Translations under genes and position numbers: made by a program
The notes under the pieces: generated by a model
Databases searched by the model: none
Seen by the model: only the letters and a program-made list of their open reading frames with translations
What the model was told of the DNA's origin: nothing
Shown here: piece by piece, positions 21,965 to 32,335 of the stretch
Numbering within the stretch: the first letter of the stretch is position 1
Layout: the number at the start of each line of letters is the position of its first letter
NCBI GenBank assembly: GCA_029287535.1
Contig: JARFQY010000048.1
Span: forward strand, 7,542 to 71,541
DNA length: 64,000 bases
Source: Filomicrobium sp.
Lineage (GTDB): Bacteria > Pseudomonadota > Alphaproteobacteria > Rhizobiales > Hyphomicrobiaceae
Direction of reading: 5' to 3'

Positions 21965-22657
21965 TCACGGCTCCGCATTCCGGTTTTCCAAATTCGTTAA
22001 CGCTGTTTGCGCGAGTTGCTTAGTCACCTTGCGGCGCATCTCCAGGCCGAGCCGATCGATCTCGGCGGCAAGTTCGTTGGCCGCGGCCATCGAACGCTCC
22101 ATGCGCACAACAAGGTACCCTATGACCTCCGGCTCAACCGTTAGCTGGCGATCAGAAAACAGCTTGACCAGAACCGCCCGCAGCAACGCCTCGTCCGGCG
22201 GTGCAATCTGCGCGATCGGTAATGCCCTCACCCGTGAGCGAAGATCGACCAGCAAAATCTCCAGATCGCCGGCGGCCAGCCGCGATGTGAACAACACCCG
22301 TATCTGGCCCTGCCGCGCCATGTTGAGAAGATGAAACATTGCTGCTTCATCAGCAATTCCTCGATCAAGGTCCTCAACAACGATCGCCCCGGTCGCCGCC
22401 GCATCCTGAAGGGCGGTTTCTGTGGCTTCTGCCCCAAGCAGCAACGAGGCTTGCGTCTTGGCCCGCCACACGTGGGCGAGGTGGCTCTTTCCCGACCCCG
22501 CCGGCCCGACGACCAGCGCTGCACCGTTTGGCCAATCAACCGTCCCATCGATCAGCTCGATGGCCGATTCATTCGAACCGCTGACGAGAAAGTCTTCGAG
22601 CCCCAAAGCGGAGCGGTGCGGAAGATCAAGAGTAAGCTGTTGAGGCTGTGCTTTCAT
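21965..22657 (-). CDS. hdaA: DnaA-related regulatory inactivator (HdaA-like)
   Basis: 230 aa. 'QLTLDL' N-terminus, Walker A 'GPAGSGKSHL', 'VVEDLDR', and a DnaA domain III-like layout without the DNA-binding domain IV. Confidence 0.8.
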   Translation of the reverse strand: MKAQPQQLTLDLPHRSALGLEDFLVSGSNESAIELIDGTVDWPNGAALVVGPAGSGKSHLAHVWRAKTQASLLLGAEATETALQDAAATGAIVVEDLDRGIADEAAMFHLLNMARQGQIRVLFTSRLAAGDLEILLVDLRSRVRALPIAQIAPPDEALLRAVLVKLFSDRQLTVEPEVIGYLVVRMERSMAAANELAAEIDRLGLEMRRKVTKQLAQTALTNLENRNAEP

Positions 22658-22823
22658 CTAGCCTTTGAGGATCTGGGTCGACTTCGGGCGATGCCGCGCG
22701 ATGGACGGAAAAAGGGTCATGCGATACGTGCGAACTCCTGTCTAGCATGACGCCCGCCGCGGGGGCCATCGGCTTGATGCAATCCAAGAAGCGGCCCCCC
22801 AACCACACCGCCAACCCGCAGTT

Positions 22824-23372
22824 CTAATCACGCGACATATGCACGATCCAAATCCGGAGATAGGCAAGTAGTGAGGCGATCGTCAGGGCTGCGGTGAACC
22901 AGATGAGACCGGTTCGAAGCCCCCCCAATCCGAGCGAAAAGGCCTCATCGGCCAAAACGATGGCCGCCAGTGAAATCTGCGCCACCGTCGTAGCCTTTGA
23001 GATCATCAAGGGTGCGATCTCGACCGGTTTCGAAAGCAACCATGATAAGGCAATCGCTGCAAGAATGAGCACGTCACGCCCAACGACCGTATAGACGAGC
23101 CAACCCGGCAGCTCCGCGCGCAATCCAAGGCCGACGAAAATCGAGACGATGAGCAGTTTGTCGGCCAGCGGATCAAGATACGCACCAATCTCTGTTCGCA
23201 GATCGTATCGCCTGGCGAGATAGCCATCGACGGCATCTGAAACCCCTGCAATGACAAACAAGAAGAACGCGATCGCATCTTCGCCAGCCAGCACGAGCCA
23301 GAAGACGATCGGCACTAGCACGGCACGCCCGAGCGTAATGAGGTTGGGTATGTTGATGGGCTGAACCGCCAT
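22824..23372 (-). CDS. CDP-alcohol phosphatidyltransferase family protein
   Basis: Motif 'DAVDGYLARRYDLRTEIGAYLDPLADK' (D-G-x2-A-R-x8-G-x3-D-x3-D). Multi-TM. ATG 23372 preferred over the TTG at 23381. Confidence 0.85.
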   Translation of the reverse strand: MAVQPINIPNLITLGRAVLVPIVFWLVLAGEDAIAFFLFVIAGVSDAVDGYLARRYDLRTEIGAYLDPLADKLLIVSIFVGLGLRAELPGWLVYTVVGRDVLILAAIALSWLLSKPVEIAPLMISKATTVAQISLAAIVLADEAFSLGLGGLRTGLIWFTAALTIASLLAYLRIWIVHMSRD

Positions 23373-23490
23373 TTTCACCAAGCCTTGGCTGCCCCCGCAG
23401 GCGAGGTAGGGACAAGAGGAGCCGACCGATCCAGCCCATTAAACCCATTCCCGTTACGGTTGTCTTCAGGCGTCCGCCAGCACCGCACCC

Positions 23491-24615
23491 CTAAAATCTC
23501 TGTCGCAGCACCCAGCGGTCACCCGCATTCTCAAGCGACAGGCCTTGCCGGGCCAAGACATTGGACAAACCGCTGCCACCCCCCGGGTAGCTCAACGACA
23601 CCGTCGCACTACGCGCCGAAACGGCCCCGACCCGAAATGCTTCAACACCGGAGAGATCAGCGAGCTCGCGTTGCAACCGGTACCAATCGCGCGCGCTGTT
23701 GAACAGAACCTCGATCGTTACCGGCGCCGCCGGCTGGGTCAATGCGCCAATTCCACCCGATTGTCGGGTCCTCAACGCCTTCCATCGGCCCTCCAGAACA
23801 CCAAGTGTCACAACCGCGGCCAGCTCCATCGCATATGCGGTATCTCCATCGTAAATGCGATACTCGCGCGACCAGTTGACGGGCCCGACACTGTCCTGTC
23901 CGTCGAGCCGCACCTTGAGGCGGTTTGTCGATCGATCAACTTCCGCCTGCACGACGACAACCTGCTGGCGGCCATACTCCGCGGCAAGGATTCGCATGCC
24001 CCTTGCGTCGTCGCGTTGCGCCAGCCCGTTGAACACATCCGGATGGATGTTCGGCCGCAAGGGCGCAATGGTGAGCGGTGTCACCGAATTCTTCAGATCA
24101 AGCCCGCCCCAGACTTCGCCCCAAGTCCCCGCCGAGCGCTCGGGCCCGCCAAGCCCGCCGATCAAAACCGGGACCAACAAGACCGATGGGGCCTGTTCGT
24201 CGATGAACGGAACGCCGCGGTTGCGCAGCAGGCCGCGCACTCCTTCGGGTGAAAACGTGAAATCAAGCGCGGCATAGTATTCGGTCGACGAATTTTGCTC
24301 CCCTCGCACGGAGATGCCGTTGACGTACTGCGATGCATCAAACTCTCCCATTTGCCGGAGGCGTGCATACGCGGTAACGGGAACAATTCTCTTCAACAGA
24401 GATTGCAAAGCGGCGCTCTGGCCGTCCGAAATGGCCGTTTTTTTGGCGGCAACTGCGTTCTTGCCCCGCGCCTCGACGGGAAAATTGGCAATCGTGTAAG
24501 CACCATCATCGCGGCCCGCGGCAGCCGCCGAATAACCCGTCGCAGCCAGCAGCACCGACATGAGCCCTGCCTTCAACAACCCGACGGCCTGGACCCGATT
24601 GGCCCCCAACATCAT
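23491..24615 (-). CDS. Exported conserved hypothetical protein (DUF2066-like, recalled from memory)
   Basis: 374 aa with a signal peptide (...[12 protein letters not shown]). Sits divergent from purM, as in many alphaproteobacteria. The family name is not verifiable here. Confidence 0.55.
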   Translation of the reverse strand: MMLGANRVQAVGLLKAGLMSVLLAATGYSAAAAGRDDGAYTIANFPVEARGKNAVAAKKTAISDGQSAALQSLLKRIVPVTAYARLRQMGEFDASQYVNGISVRGEQNSSTEYYAALDFTFSPEGVRGLLRNRGVPFIDEQAPSVLLVPVLIGGLGGPERSAGTWGEVWGGLDLKNSVTPLTIAPLRPNIHPDVFNGLAQRDDARGMRILAAEYGRQQVVVVQAEVDRSTNRLKVRLDGQDSVGPVNWSREYRIYDGDTAYAMELAAVVTLGVLEGRWKALRTRQSGGIGALTQPAAPVTIEVLFNSARDWYRLQRELADLSGVEAFRVGAVSARSATVSLSYPGGGSGLSNVLARQGLSLENAGDRWVLRQRF

Positions 24616-24807
24616 GATTGTACGTCCCCGTATTGTTCGTCACCCTGCCTTGACCGCCCCGCTATATTCGGGCAGTGCGGGATCGATTTGACAACTGGTT
24701 CGCCGCCAGCCTTACGACCACGCGATCTGCAATACGCTCGCGGATCAAGGAAACCCCCGCCTGCTATAACAGATCATCTCAACCCTTACGAGGTCACGTT
24801 CGACACG

Positions 24808-25893
24808 ATGAGTGAGGATCCAGACCACCCCGTCACCTACCGCCAGGCCGGCGTGGATATCGATGCCGGCAATGCGCTGATTAAGGCGATAGCGCCGCTT
24901 GCACGCGCTACGAGCCGCCCCGGTGCGGACGCGGCCCTCGGCGGATTCGGCGGTCTGTTCGATCTTAAGCAGGCCGGATTTCGCGATCCCTTGCTGGTTG
25001 CCGCAACCGATGGAGTGGGCACTAAATTGCGTGTCGCCATCGAATCCGGCCAGCACGGCACAATCGGGACCGATCTTGTCGCCATGTGCGTCAATGATCT
25101 GATTGTGCAGGGGGCCGAGCCATTGTTTTTCCTGGACTACATGGCAACGGGACGGCTGGACGTTGCCACCGCGCGCGACGTCATCGCTGGCATCGCCGAG
25201 GCCTGCAGCCAGTCTGGCTGTGCGCTGATTGGCGGTGAAACCGCCGAAATGCCGGGCATGTACCAGGGCGGAGATTATGATCTGGCCGGTTTCGCCGTCG
25301 GTGCGGTCGAACGCGATTGCATCTTGCCGCTGCCTGGCATTGAAGCCGGCGACAAACTCCTGGCTCTGACCTCATCGGGACTGCACTCGAACGGATACTC
25401 ATTGGTTCGCAAGCTCGTCGAGAAAACCGGCCTCGATTGGGACCAACCGGCCCCCTGGGAGCCGGAACTCAGTGTCGCGAATTCACTGCTGTCTCCGACC
25501 CGGCTCTACGTGAAACCGTTGCTTGCCGCACTCCGCGCTACGGGCCCCTCATCAGGAGCCATCAAGGCTCTGGCGCACATAACAGGCGGCGGATTGACCG
25601 AGAACATTCCCCGTGTACTGCCTGAGCAAACAGCCGCGACTATTGACCTTTCGGCCTGGCGGCAGCCCGCCGTATTCGCGTGGCTTGCCGAGGCTGGTCG
25701 CCTGCCGGATGAGGAGATGCTTCGCACCTTCAACTGCGGTCTGGGCATGGTCTTGGTGGTCGCTGCGGAACGAGAAGGTGATGTGACTTCCGCCCTCGAA
25801 AGCGCCGGCGAAACGCCGCTTCTGATTGGCGAGATTACCCAGCGCGGCGACGACGCGGTGATCTACCAGGGCAGCTTGGACGATACGCCATGA
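24808..25893 (+). CDS. purM: Phosphoribosylformylglycinamidine cyclo-ligase
   Basis: '[12 protein letters not shown]', '[10 protein letters not shown]' and 'GGETAEMPG'. Start at ATG 24808; the upstream 513 nt of the 24295 ORF is non-homologous. Confidence 0.95.
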   Translation: MSEDPDHPVTYRQAGVDIDAGNALIKAIAPLARATSRPGADAALGGFGGLFDLKQAGFRDPLLVAATDGVGTKLRVAIESGQHGTIGTDLVAMCVNDLIVQGAEPLFFLDYMATGRLDVATARDVIAGIAEACSQSGCALIGGETAEMPGMYQGGDYDLAGFAVGAVERDCILPLPGIEAGDKLLALTSSGLHSNGYSLVRKLVEKTGLDWDQPAPWEPELSVANSLLSPTRLYVKPLLAALRATGPSSGAIKALAHITGGGLTENIPRVLPEQTAATIDLSAWRQPAVFAWLAEAGRLPDEEMLRTFNCGLGMVLVVAAEREGDVTSALESAGETPLLIGEITQRGDDAVIYQGSLDDTP

Positions 25894-26549
25894 GCAACCC
25901 GGCAAGGAAACGCGTCGCCGTTTTAATTTCGGGCCGAGGCTCCAACATGATGGCCCTCGTCGAGGCCGCCTGCCGCCCGGGCTACCCGGCCGAAATTGTC
26001 GCCGTGATTTCAAACCGGCCGCAAGCCCCTGGCCTCGCCTGGGCCCGCGACCGAGGCCTGAAGACCATCGCCTTGGATCATCGCGAATATGCTTCCCGTG
26101 AAAGCTTTGATGACGCGCTCCACCAATCGCTTGTCGATGCAGGCGCCGAGCTTGTCGCCTGTGCTGGCTTCATGCGCCTGATGACTCCCAAGCTTGTCGA
26201 TCGCTGGCGCAATGCAATGATCAACATCCATCCATCTTTGTTGCCGGCGTTTAAGGGGCTGAACACGCACGAGCGCGCGCTCGTCGCGGGTGCCAGGATC
26301 ACCGGATGCACCGTCCATGTGGTTAGACCAAAGATGGATGAAGGCCCGATTTTGGGGCAGGCAGCTGTACCAATTCTTGATGGAGATACGCCCGATCTGC
26401 TCGCCGAACGCGTCCTCGCCGCAGAGCACCGCCTCTATCCACAGATCTTGTCGCTATTTGCCGCAGATCAATACGACATAGACGAGCAGGTCGCGCGCTT
26501 CAAAGGAAAACACGAAGCAGGATCAACGCTTTTTTCACCAAAACTTTAA
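25890..26549 (+). CDS. purN: Phosphoribosylglycinamide formyltransferase
   Basis: ATGA overlap with purM. '[10 protein letters not shown]', '[20 protein letters not shown]', 'GCTVHVV...DEGPIL'. Confidence 0.93.
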   Translation: MSNPARKRVAVLISGRGSNMMALVEAACRPGYPAEIVAVISNRPQAPGLAWARDRGLKTIALDHREYASRESFDDALHQSLVDAGAELVACAGFMRLMTPKLVDRWRNAMINIHPSLLPAFKGLNTHERALVAGARITGCTVHVVRPKMDEGPILGQAAVPILDGDTPDLLAERVLAAEHRLYPQILSLFAADQYDIDEQVARFKGKHEAGSTLFSPKL

Positions 26550-26906
26550 CTTAAACATTAAAGTAAGGCCGCTAGCTTTTGTTTTTCCGCGCCAGATTGT
26601 AGCGGTATAGGGCGATTTCGTAGACAATTGAGCCCCTAAGTGTTAGTCGCGCCGCTCTAACCGGGGATTGTGCTTCCCAGGTCACATCCAACCGGCACCG
26701 ATCAGCGCATTATGGACAGCCGTCGGCGAGTCCACGCCGCCGCCCAATTTCTAGCGCTGCTATCGAAAAAAAGCAGTGACGGGAGCGAAACGATTGCGCG
26801 CGGCACTAATGCGTCCATCGAAAACGCAGGTGACGACGCAAGTTATTTGAATTTCGTCCTCTGACGGTTTGCCCGTCAAGTGCGAAGCTCCGGAGACGAT
26901 TGAAAG

Positions 26907-28262
26907 ATGACCATAGCTGAGCAGGATACCGCGGAATTTGGCGAAGAGAGCATCTGGTTCAAACTGTCGCCTCTTCTAAAGGACCCCACAAATCCAATGG
27001 GGGTCTTGATGCAGACAGCCGAGCGCTATGGTCCGGTCATTCCCGTGAGTATGGCCTCTCAGCGCGTTGTGCTGATTAGCGAACCGCAGTTCTTCAAGCA
27101 TGTGCTCGTTTCGAACGCCGACAACTACGTCAAGTACTTTGCCGGACTGAAACCGATTTTCGGCAAGTCGATGATCACCCACGATGGCGCCCTGTGGCAG
27201 AAGATCAGAATGCCGCAACAGCCTGCATTCCATCCCGACGTCTTCGCCGAGTACATCCCGTACTTCAACGAAGCGATCCGCTCAAAGATGCAAAACTGGG
27301 CTGAACTCGCCAAGACTGGTGAGGAAGTCGAAATGGTTGAGCAGACGTGGACACTCGCCGCCGACATGATCTGCAAGGCGCTGTTCGACCGCGACATGCC
27401 CTTCAACCCACATGTGGTCTTCAGGTACGTTAAGACCTACACCGACGTGATGAACCACAAGTCGATCCGCGACAAGAAACAGGCCGGCGACGTCAGTGGT
27501 TACACGGAAGCCTCTCCCGAGGAGGCTGTCAAAGCCTGGACCTCGGTACCCCCGGCCGTTATCGCCGCGGACCCTCGCGAAGAACGCGAGAAGACTCTTC
27601 TCAAGATGATCCAGGCCGCCGTCGAAGACCCTGAGGTGCCCGAGTTCGATCAGCAGCAGGCAATCGACGAACTCAAACAGTACCTCTGGGCGGGAACGGA
27701 GACCACGGCGCTCACATTGGCTTGGGCGCTTTATCTTGTTTCCAAGCACCCAGAAGCCGCCGAGCGTATTCGACGCGAGAGCGAGGAGGTTTGCGCCGAC
27801 CGTGAACCCAACGCGGCCGACTACTCCGCGCTGACCTACACACGTGCAGTCATTCAAGAAACCATGAGGCTCTATCCGCCGGTATGGAGCTTGATCCGCA
27901 CGGCGGTTGGCCCCGACGTCATTGACGGCAAAGAAATTCAAGCCGGCGATCGCATTGTGCTGTTTGGATACGGAGCCCATCACAATCCCAAGTTCTGGGA
28001 TTCACCGGAAGAGTTCCGTCCCGAACGCTGGATGGGAGATGCCGCCAAGAAGCGCGTGAAATACTCCTACATCCCGTTCGGCGCGGGCAAACGCTCTTGC
28101 ATCGGGGGTGCGATGAGCCAGGTGGAAAACACGCTGGCGCTCTCTCTGCTCCTGCGCCGCTTCCGGCCCGAGTACGTCGGACAGGAGCCGGCGCCGATCA
28201 ATGCGACCGTGACGCTCACGCCCCGAGGTGGTCTGTACTTCAAGATCCACGAATTGAGCTGA
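26907..28262 (+). CDS. Cytochrome P450
   Basis: I-helix 'WAGTETTA', ExxR 'QETMRLYPP', and heme loop 'FGAGKRSCIGGAMS'. Confidence 0.92.
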   Translation: MTIAEQDTAEFGEESIWFKLSPLLKDPTNPMGVLMQTAERYGPVIPVSMASQRVVLISEPQFFKHVLVSNADNYVKYFAGLKPIFGKSMITHDGALWQKIRMPQQPAFHPDVFAEYIPYFNEAIRSKMQNWAELAKTGEEVEMVEQTWTLAADMICKALFDRDMPFNPHVVFRYVKTYTDVMNHKSIRDKKQAGDVSGYTEASPEEAVKAWTSVPPAVIAADPREEREKTLLKMIQAAVEDPEVPEFDQQQAIDELKQYLWAGTETTALTLAWALYLVSKHPEAAERIRRESEEVCADREPNAADYSALTYTRAVIQETMRLYPPVWSLIRTAVGPDVIDGKEIQAGDRIVLFGYGAHHNPKFWDSPEEFRPERWMGDAAKKRVKYSYIPFGAGKRSCIGGAMSQVENTLALSLLLRRFRPEYVGQEPAPINATVTLTPRGGLYFKIHELS

Positions 28263-28288
28263 GCACAGCGTCACTTTGAAAGAAGAAG

Positions 28289-28318
28289 AACGAGGGCAGT
28301 TCAGTCCTCGTTTTTTTT
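28289..28318 (+). terminator. Rho-independent terminator after the P450 gene
   Basis: AACGAGG-(10 nt loop)-CCTCGTT followed by T8. Confidence 0.6.
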
Positions 28319-28354
28319 GCGGTGTCGACCCCGTTGGGATTGATAGGGCGAAAT

Positions 28355-28873
28355 TCAGAGGACTTCGTAGCGCAGCTTGACCACGCCATCGGAAAACGCG
28401 TGGATCCCATCGAATTCAAGCTTCTGCAGCTCATTCAAGGAATTCAGCAGAGACAGCCCCGAACCGATCAGATATGGGGCTACGCAGATTTCCACGATAT
28501 CCACAAGTCCGGCCTCGAGGGCCGACTGCATCGTGACGGCCCCACCCACGATCCAGACATCCTTGGATGTGCGTTCCCGGGCCGCCTGTACCGCGGCCCT
28601 GATACCGTTCGGTATAATGACGGCTGTCGCTGGCACCGGCCACGGCGGCTGAGATGAAAGAATTAAGGCGTACTGTTCGGAATACGGCCATTCGCCAAAC
28701 GCTTGAATCATTTGGCAGGTTCGGCGCCCCAATACCACCGCGCCGATGGCATCGAGAAACTCGGACTCTCCAAAGATACTCTTGTGATGGGCCTCCATCC
28801 ACGTCGAGTCCCCGTCGCTGTCAGCGACGAAGCCATCAAGACTCATGGCGGCATACAACCTGACCTGTGTCAT
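28355..28873 (-). CDS. Dihydrofolate-reductase-family protein (RibD C-terminal-like)
   Basis: 172 aa. 'VRLYAAMSLDGFVADSDG', 'VLGRRT', 'DVWIVGGAVTMQSALEAGLVD'. Confidence 0.75.
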   Translation of the reverse strand: MTQVRLYAAMSLDGFVADSDGDSTWMEAHHKSIFGESEFLDAIGAVVLGRRTCQMIQAFGEWPYSEQYALILSSQPPWPVPATAVIIPNGIRAAVQAARERTSKDVWIVGGAVTMQSALEAGLVDIVEICVAPYLIGSGLSLLNSLNELQKLEFDGIHAFSDGVVKLRYEVL

Positions 28874-28924
28874 TGTCCTCCCGCGCGCGGCTAAGGACTA
28901 AGTAAGCGGCTCGGGCCCGCAGCT

Positions 28925-29347
28925 TCAGCCTACGATCTCATCTGGCTCGAAATTCAGGGAGATTTCGCGCTGCGCGGACCCCGGGCTATCTGAGCCATGA
29001 GTGGAGTTTTCACCCTTCGACAGCGCGAACTGCTTGCGGATCGTGCCGTCGGCCGCCTCCGCTGGATCGGTCGCCCCCATGACCTCACGGTACTTCGCGA
29101 TGGCGTTTTCGCCTTCCAGGACCTGCAAGACAATGGGCCCCGAAGTCATGAATTCGACGAGTTCGCCGTAAAACGGCCGTTCCGCGTGCTCTTCATAAAA
29201 CTTCTTGGCCTGGGCTGTTGTCCACAGGACTCGTTTCTGGGCGACGATCCGCAGACCAGCGCCTTCAATGACGGCGTTGATCTGGCCGGTGACGTTTCTT
29301 TTGGTCGCATCTGGTTTGATGATCGAGAACGTGCGCTCAACTGCCAT
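28925..29347 (-). CDS. ndk: Nucleoside diphosphate kinase
   Basis: '[11 protein letters not shown]', '[10 protein letters not shown]', and active-site 'NSTHGSDS'. Start at ATG 29347 (140 aa), not 29431. Confidence 0.95.
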   Translation of the reverse strand: MAVERTFSIIKPDATKRNVTGQINAVIEGAGLRIVAQKRVLWTTAQAKKFYEEHAERPFYGELVEFMTSGPIVLQVLEGENAIAKYREVMGATDPAEAADGTIRKQFALSKGENSTHGSDSPGSAQREISLNFEPDEIVG

Positions 29348-29741
29348 ACAAGCATTCCCCCGGGAATTATTCATTTCGGACCAGCGCCTTATAGCGATGG
29401 CCCGCCCACCCCACAAGACCGCCAAGGTCAAAGACCTTTGATTGCTTCCGGAAGATCGAACTCAATAAGTCGCGTCGCAACACAATTGCATACCAGCTAA
29501 ACAATCCGGCTATCCATCGATTGGCATGGCCAACGCCTTGTAATAGCCAGCTTTAGTGTGTGAAAAGGCTCCAGAAGCGATGGCGGAGACAGATTGCGCT
29601 GCCATCTCGGACTTAGGGGGCACACAGGTTTCGAGGGGATTTGCGTAACGTTGACGCGTTGCGCTTATCCGTGTGAAACGAGCGAGGAACAAAGTGCGGA
29701 GGCGACCGGAGTTCCGTCGACCCAGCCCACTGTGAGAGCCG

Positions 29742-31193
29742 ATGAGCGAAACGAACTCTGAGATTGTTTGGTACATCGCCCGGGAAGGGGAGCAGCACGG
29801 CCCGCTTTCGGATGCCGAAATGAAGCTCTTCGTGGAGAACGGGCATCTCAAATCAACCGACCTGGTCTGGAACCCGGAAATGACGGATTGGCAGACCGCT
29901 GCCTCCATATTCCCGCCGCCCGCACCACCAACGCCACCACCGCCACCGGCAACGCCAAAGGTCACCACGTCAGCGGCTCAGGGGGGCTTCAAGCAGCCCA
30001 CACAGCACGATCATCTGACGGCCCCGAGCCACACACCAAGCCCCACCCTGCAGGTCGAACCCAGCTCATCAGGCGCCGCGCGCAACACCCAAGCGGCGTC
30101 GCCAGCCGCGGCGGACCATGCATCGCTCCGGCCCGATCCGAGCTTGACCGTGGGCGCAAATGTTGCCGCACACCATCCCGCACCGGTGGAAGGCTATGAT
30201 GTTGAAGATGCTGACGACGAACAGCCGCGCCGTCGCGGTCGGATTGGCCTGTTGATTGGGACCGTCGCTGTTGCCGCTGCCATCGCGGGTGGCGGCGTCG
30301 TCGCTTTCCAGAACAAGGACGCCATCCTCAGCTATATGAACGAGCCCTCTGAGGAGGCGAGCACTCCGGTTATAAAGGCCGACACGAACACCAAAACCGC
30401 GGCGGCCGAAAAGCCCAAACCTCCGCAAGAGCAGGCGCCCGAAGATCCAAACAACGGAAACACGCCGGTGCCGGGCATCACGGTAACGGTGCCGAAGACG
30501 CAACCCGTCGCTCCGAGCGCGGCGGCGCCCAATAGCGTTCCGCTTGAGACGATCGATAGCAACTTGCAAAAGTCTCAGCTATGGCGCGTGATCAAGGAAG
30601 AGTTCCCCGACTGGTACAAGGAGCGCGTCCAGGAAATTTCGAAGCTGAGCAACACGGCCAGCGAGACCGACCTGTCCAAGCATCTCATTAACAAACTCGT
30701 TGCCCTGCGCCGCGAACACGCCAACGACGCACTGTCCTCGAGCACGGAACACTTGCAGAGTATCGCTGGCGCCTTCTTGGCAAACCTGAAGAGCCTCGCC
30801 GGATACTCAACCGATGCCTGCTACACTTTCGTCAGCAAGGGTGAGACAAGCCCGGCGGTCATTTCGCTGTTCCCAAAGCCAGGATACGGGGATGCCATCG
30901 AAGGTCAGATTGCCGCCGTATTCCGCGCCGTGGCCGATGGCCGCAAAACGCCTGTGAAGCGGCAAAGGGCCGGCAAGTCGGATTATGAGATACTCTACTC
31001 CGAGCTGACAAAAATTGGTTGGACGAAAGCTGAAATCGGCTTGTTCTCCAACCCGCAAGCGATGGCCCAGGCACCGCGCGAGCAAGTCTGTAAGTTGGTT
31101 CAGGATTGGTTTGTAGCTCACATCGCGGTGAACGACGAGCAGGTGCAGGAAAGACTGCTAGTCGAATCCCTTCGCCCACTCGTCGCGGGCTGA
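29742..31193 (+). CDS. GYF_2-domain membrane protein (hypothetical)
   Basis: N-terminus 'WYIAREGEQHGPLSDAEMKLFVENGHLKSTDLVWNPEMTDWQTA' (GYF_2/DUF4339-like). Pro/Thr/Ala-rich linker. One TM segment 'IGLLIGTVAVAAAIAGGGVVAF'. About 230-aa C-terminal domain. Confidence 0.7.
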   Translation: MSETNSEIVWYIAREGEQHGPLSDAEMKLFVENGHLKSTDLVWNPEMTDWQTAASIFPPPAPPTPPPPPATPKVTTSAAQGGFKQPTQHDHLTAPSHTPSPTLQVEPSSSGAARNTQAASPAAADHASLRPDPSLTVGANVAAHHPAPVEGYDVEDADDEQPRRRGRIGLLIGTVAVAAAIAGGGVVAFQNKDAILSYMNEPSEEASTPVIKADTNTKTAAAEKPKPPQEQAPEDPNNGNTPVPGITVTVPKTQPVAPSAAAPNSVPLETIDSNLQKSQLWRVIKEEFPDWYKERVQEISKLSNTASETDLSKHLINKLVALRREHANDALSSSTEHLQSIAGAFLANLKSLAGYSTDACYTFVSKGETSPAVISLFPKPGYGDAIEGQIAAVFRAVADGRKTPVKRQRAGKSDYEILYSELTKIGWTKAEIGLFSNPQAMAQAPREQVCKLVQDWFVAHIAVNDEQVQERLLVESLRPLVAG

Positions 31194-31220
31194 TCGACCT
31201 ACCTGGCGCGACAAAATGTC

Positions 31221-31619
31221 CTAGGCAATGGGTATCTCCAGGCGGAGCCGCTCGCAGGCCAGTCGGGGCACCTTGCGCCGCCCGTCAACTTCATCGAAAT
31301 CGACAATTCCAAAACTTTTGAAGCGGCGTAGCGTCAACATCAGGCTTGCTTTCGGTCGCCCCGACAGACGTGCCAGCTCCGCGACGGACTGCGGAGAGGC
31401 CTCTTTGATGAGTTTCAGCAATTCAACGTTGCGGCGAGAAAGTAACCGGGAAAAGCCGTCCAAAGACGCCACGTCGCACTCCAACGCCAAGTGTTTCTTG
31501 CCGTTTGCGGCCGATTTCACTCGAACCCCGTTGGCCGGCTCGACGAACTCGTTGCTGTTCCATCTTCCGTCGTCATGCAAAACCATCTCGACGTGAAGCG
31601 TCTTGGAGTGTCTTTGCAT
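31221..31619 (-). CDS. Winged-HTH (MarR/antitoxin-like) DNA-binding protein
   Basis: 132 aa from ATG 31619. C-terminal half 'RRNVELLKLIKEASPQSVAELARLSGRPKASLMLTLRRFKSFGIVDF' resembles a wHTH. The longer ORF (to 31739) adds an implausible N-terminus. Confidence 0.6.
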   Translation of the reverse strand: MQRHSKTLHVEMVLHDDGRWNSNEFVEPANGVRVKSAANGKKHLALECDVASLDGFSRLLSRRNVELLKLIKEASPQSVAELARLSGRPKASLMLTLRRFKSFGIVDFDEVDGRRKVPRLACERLRLEIPIA

Positions 31620-31773
31620 TATCAGCTCCCGCTGGGTGTACGGAACGCGGAAGCAAAAAATCGAGCGCCCCATTGCGTCACCGCGAACAATCATGATCAG
31701 GGTCAAACGAAGACGACGCGCAGAAGGATCACCTCCCAACGAAGCCTTCTAGCCCGCAGTGGCGGTGCTCGCG

Positions 31774-32220
31774 CTAACGCGCCTGCCAGACACCTGATGG
31801 CAGATAACGTGCCCTACGAAGCGAACGCCGGTAGACGTACACAGAGACTTTGACCACCGCTGAATCGGCCAGCGTGACCTCGACAGTCTCGCGACGGTAA
31901 TCATCAAGTTCCCCGCGTTCGCACCTCACGCCTTCATAGTGGTCGAGCCATTGCAGGGTTACGGCCGGCCGGAACAGCTCGAACACTTCCCCGTGAACGA
32001 CATCCTCGTCGACGTTGGAGATGATCAGCCCAGGATACTGGCCCAGCTCATAAAGCCGTCCTCTGAGCGTCGCGGGACCCAGGCTTCTCGCCTCACGCGA
32101 GAGCCGCTTCCTCTCGTTTAGCCCCAAGGCGCCCTTCGCCCAGCTCATCAGCGTTCCGTACACGAACAGACCGTGCGAAGGAGTACGTCGTCTGTGCTCG
32201 TCGGCCACTTCCATCTCCAT
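31774..32220 (-). CDS. Gamma-glutamylcyclotransferase-like (AIG2/GGACT fold) protein
   Basis: 'LFVYGTLM' N-terminal motif and 'VHGEVFEL' (putative catalytic Glu). Confidence 0.75.
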   Translation of the reverse strand: MEMEVADEHRRRTPSHGLFVYGTLMSWAKGALGLNERKRLSREARSLGPATLRGRLYELGQYPGLIISNVDEDVVHGEVFELFRPAVTLQWLDHYEGVRCERGELDDYRRETVEVTLADSAVVKVSVYVYRRSLRRARYLPSGVWQAR

Positions 32221-32335
32221 TCCAGCGAAGCGCGAGGGGCAATCACGAACACTTCACCTCCAATTTGAGTGCATGTGAACGCGGAAGTCGCCAAGTTCCT
32301 AGTCATCGAATGACGCCAACAGGACCAAACGAGTG

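Noticed and set aside
24295-24807. 5' extension of the purM ORF (a 532-aa version).
   Set aside because: PurM homology begins at [19 protein letters not shown] (ATG 24808). The extension overlaps the divergent exported-protein gene.
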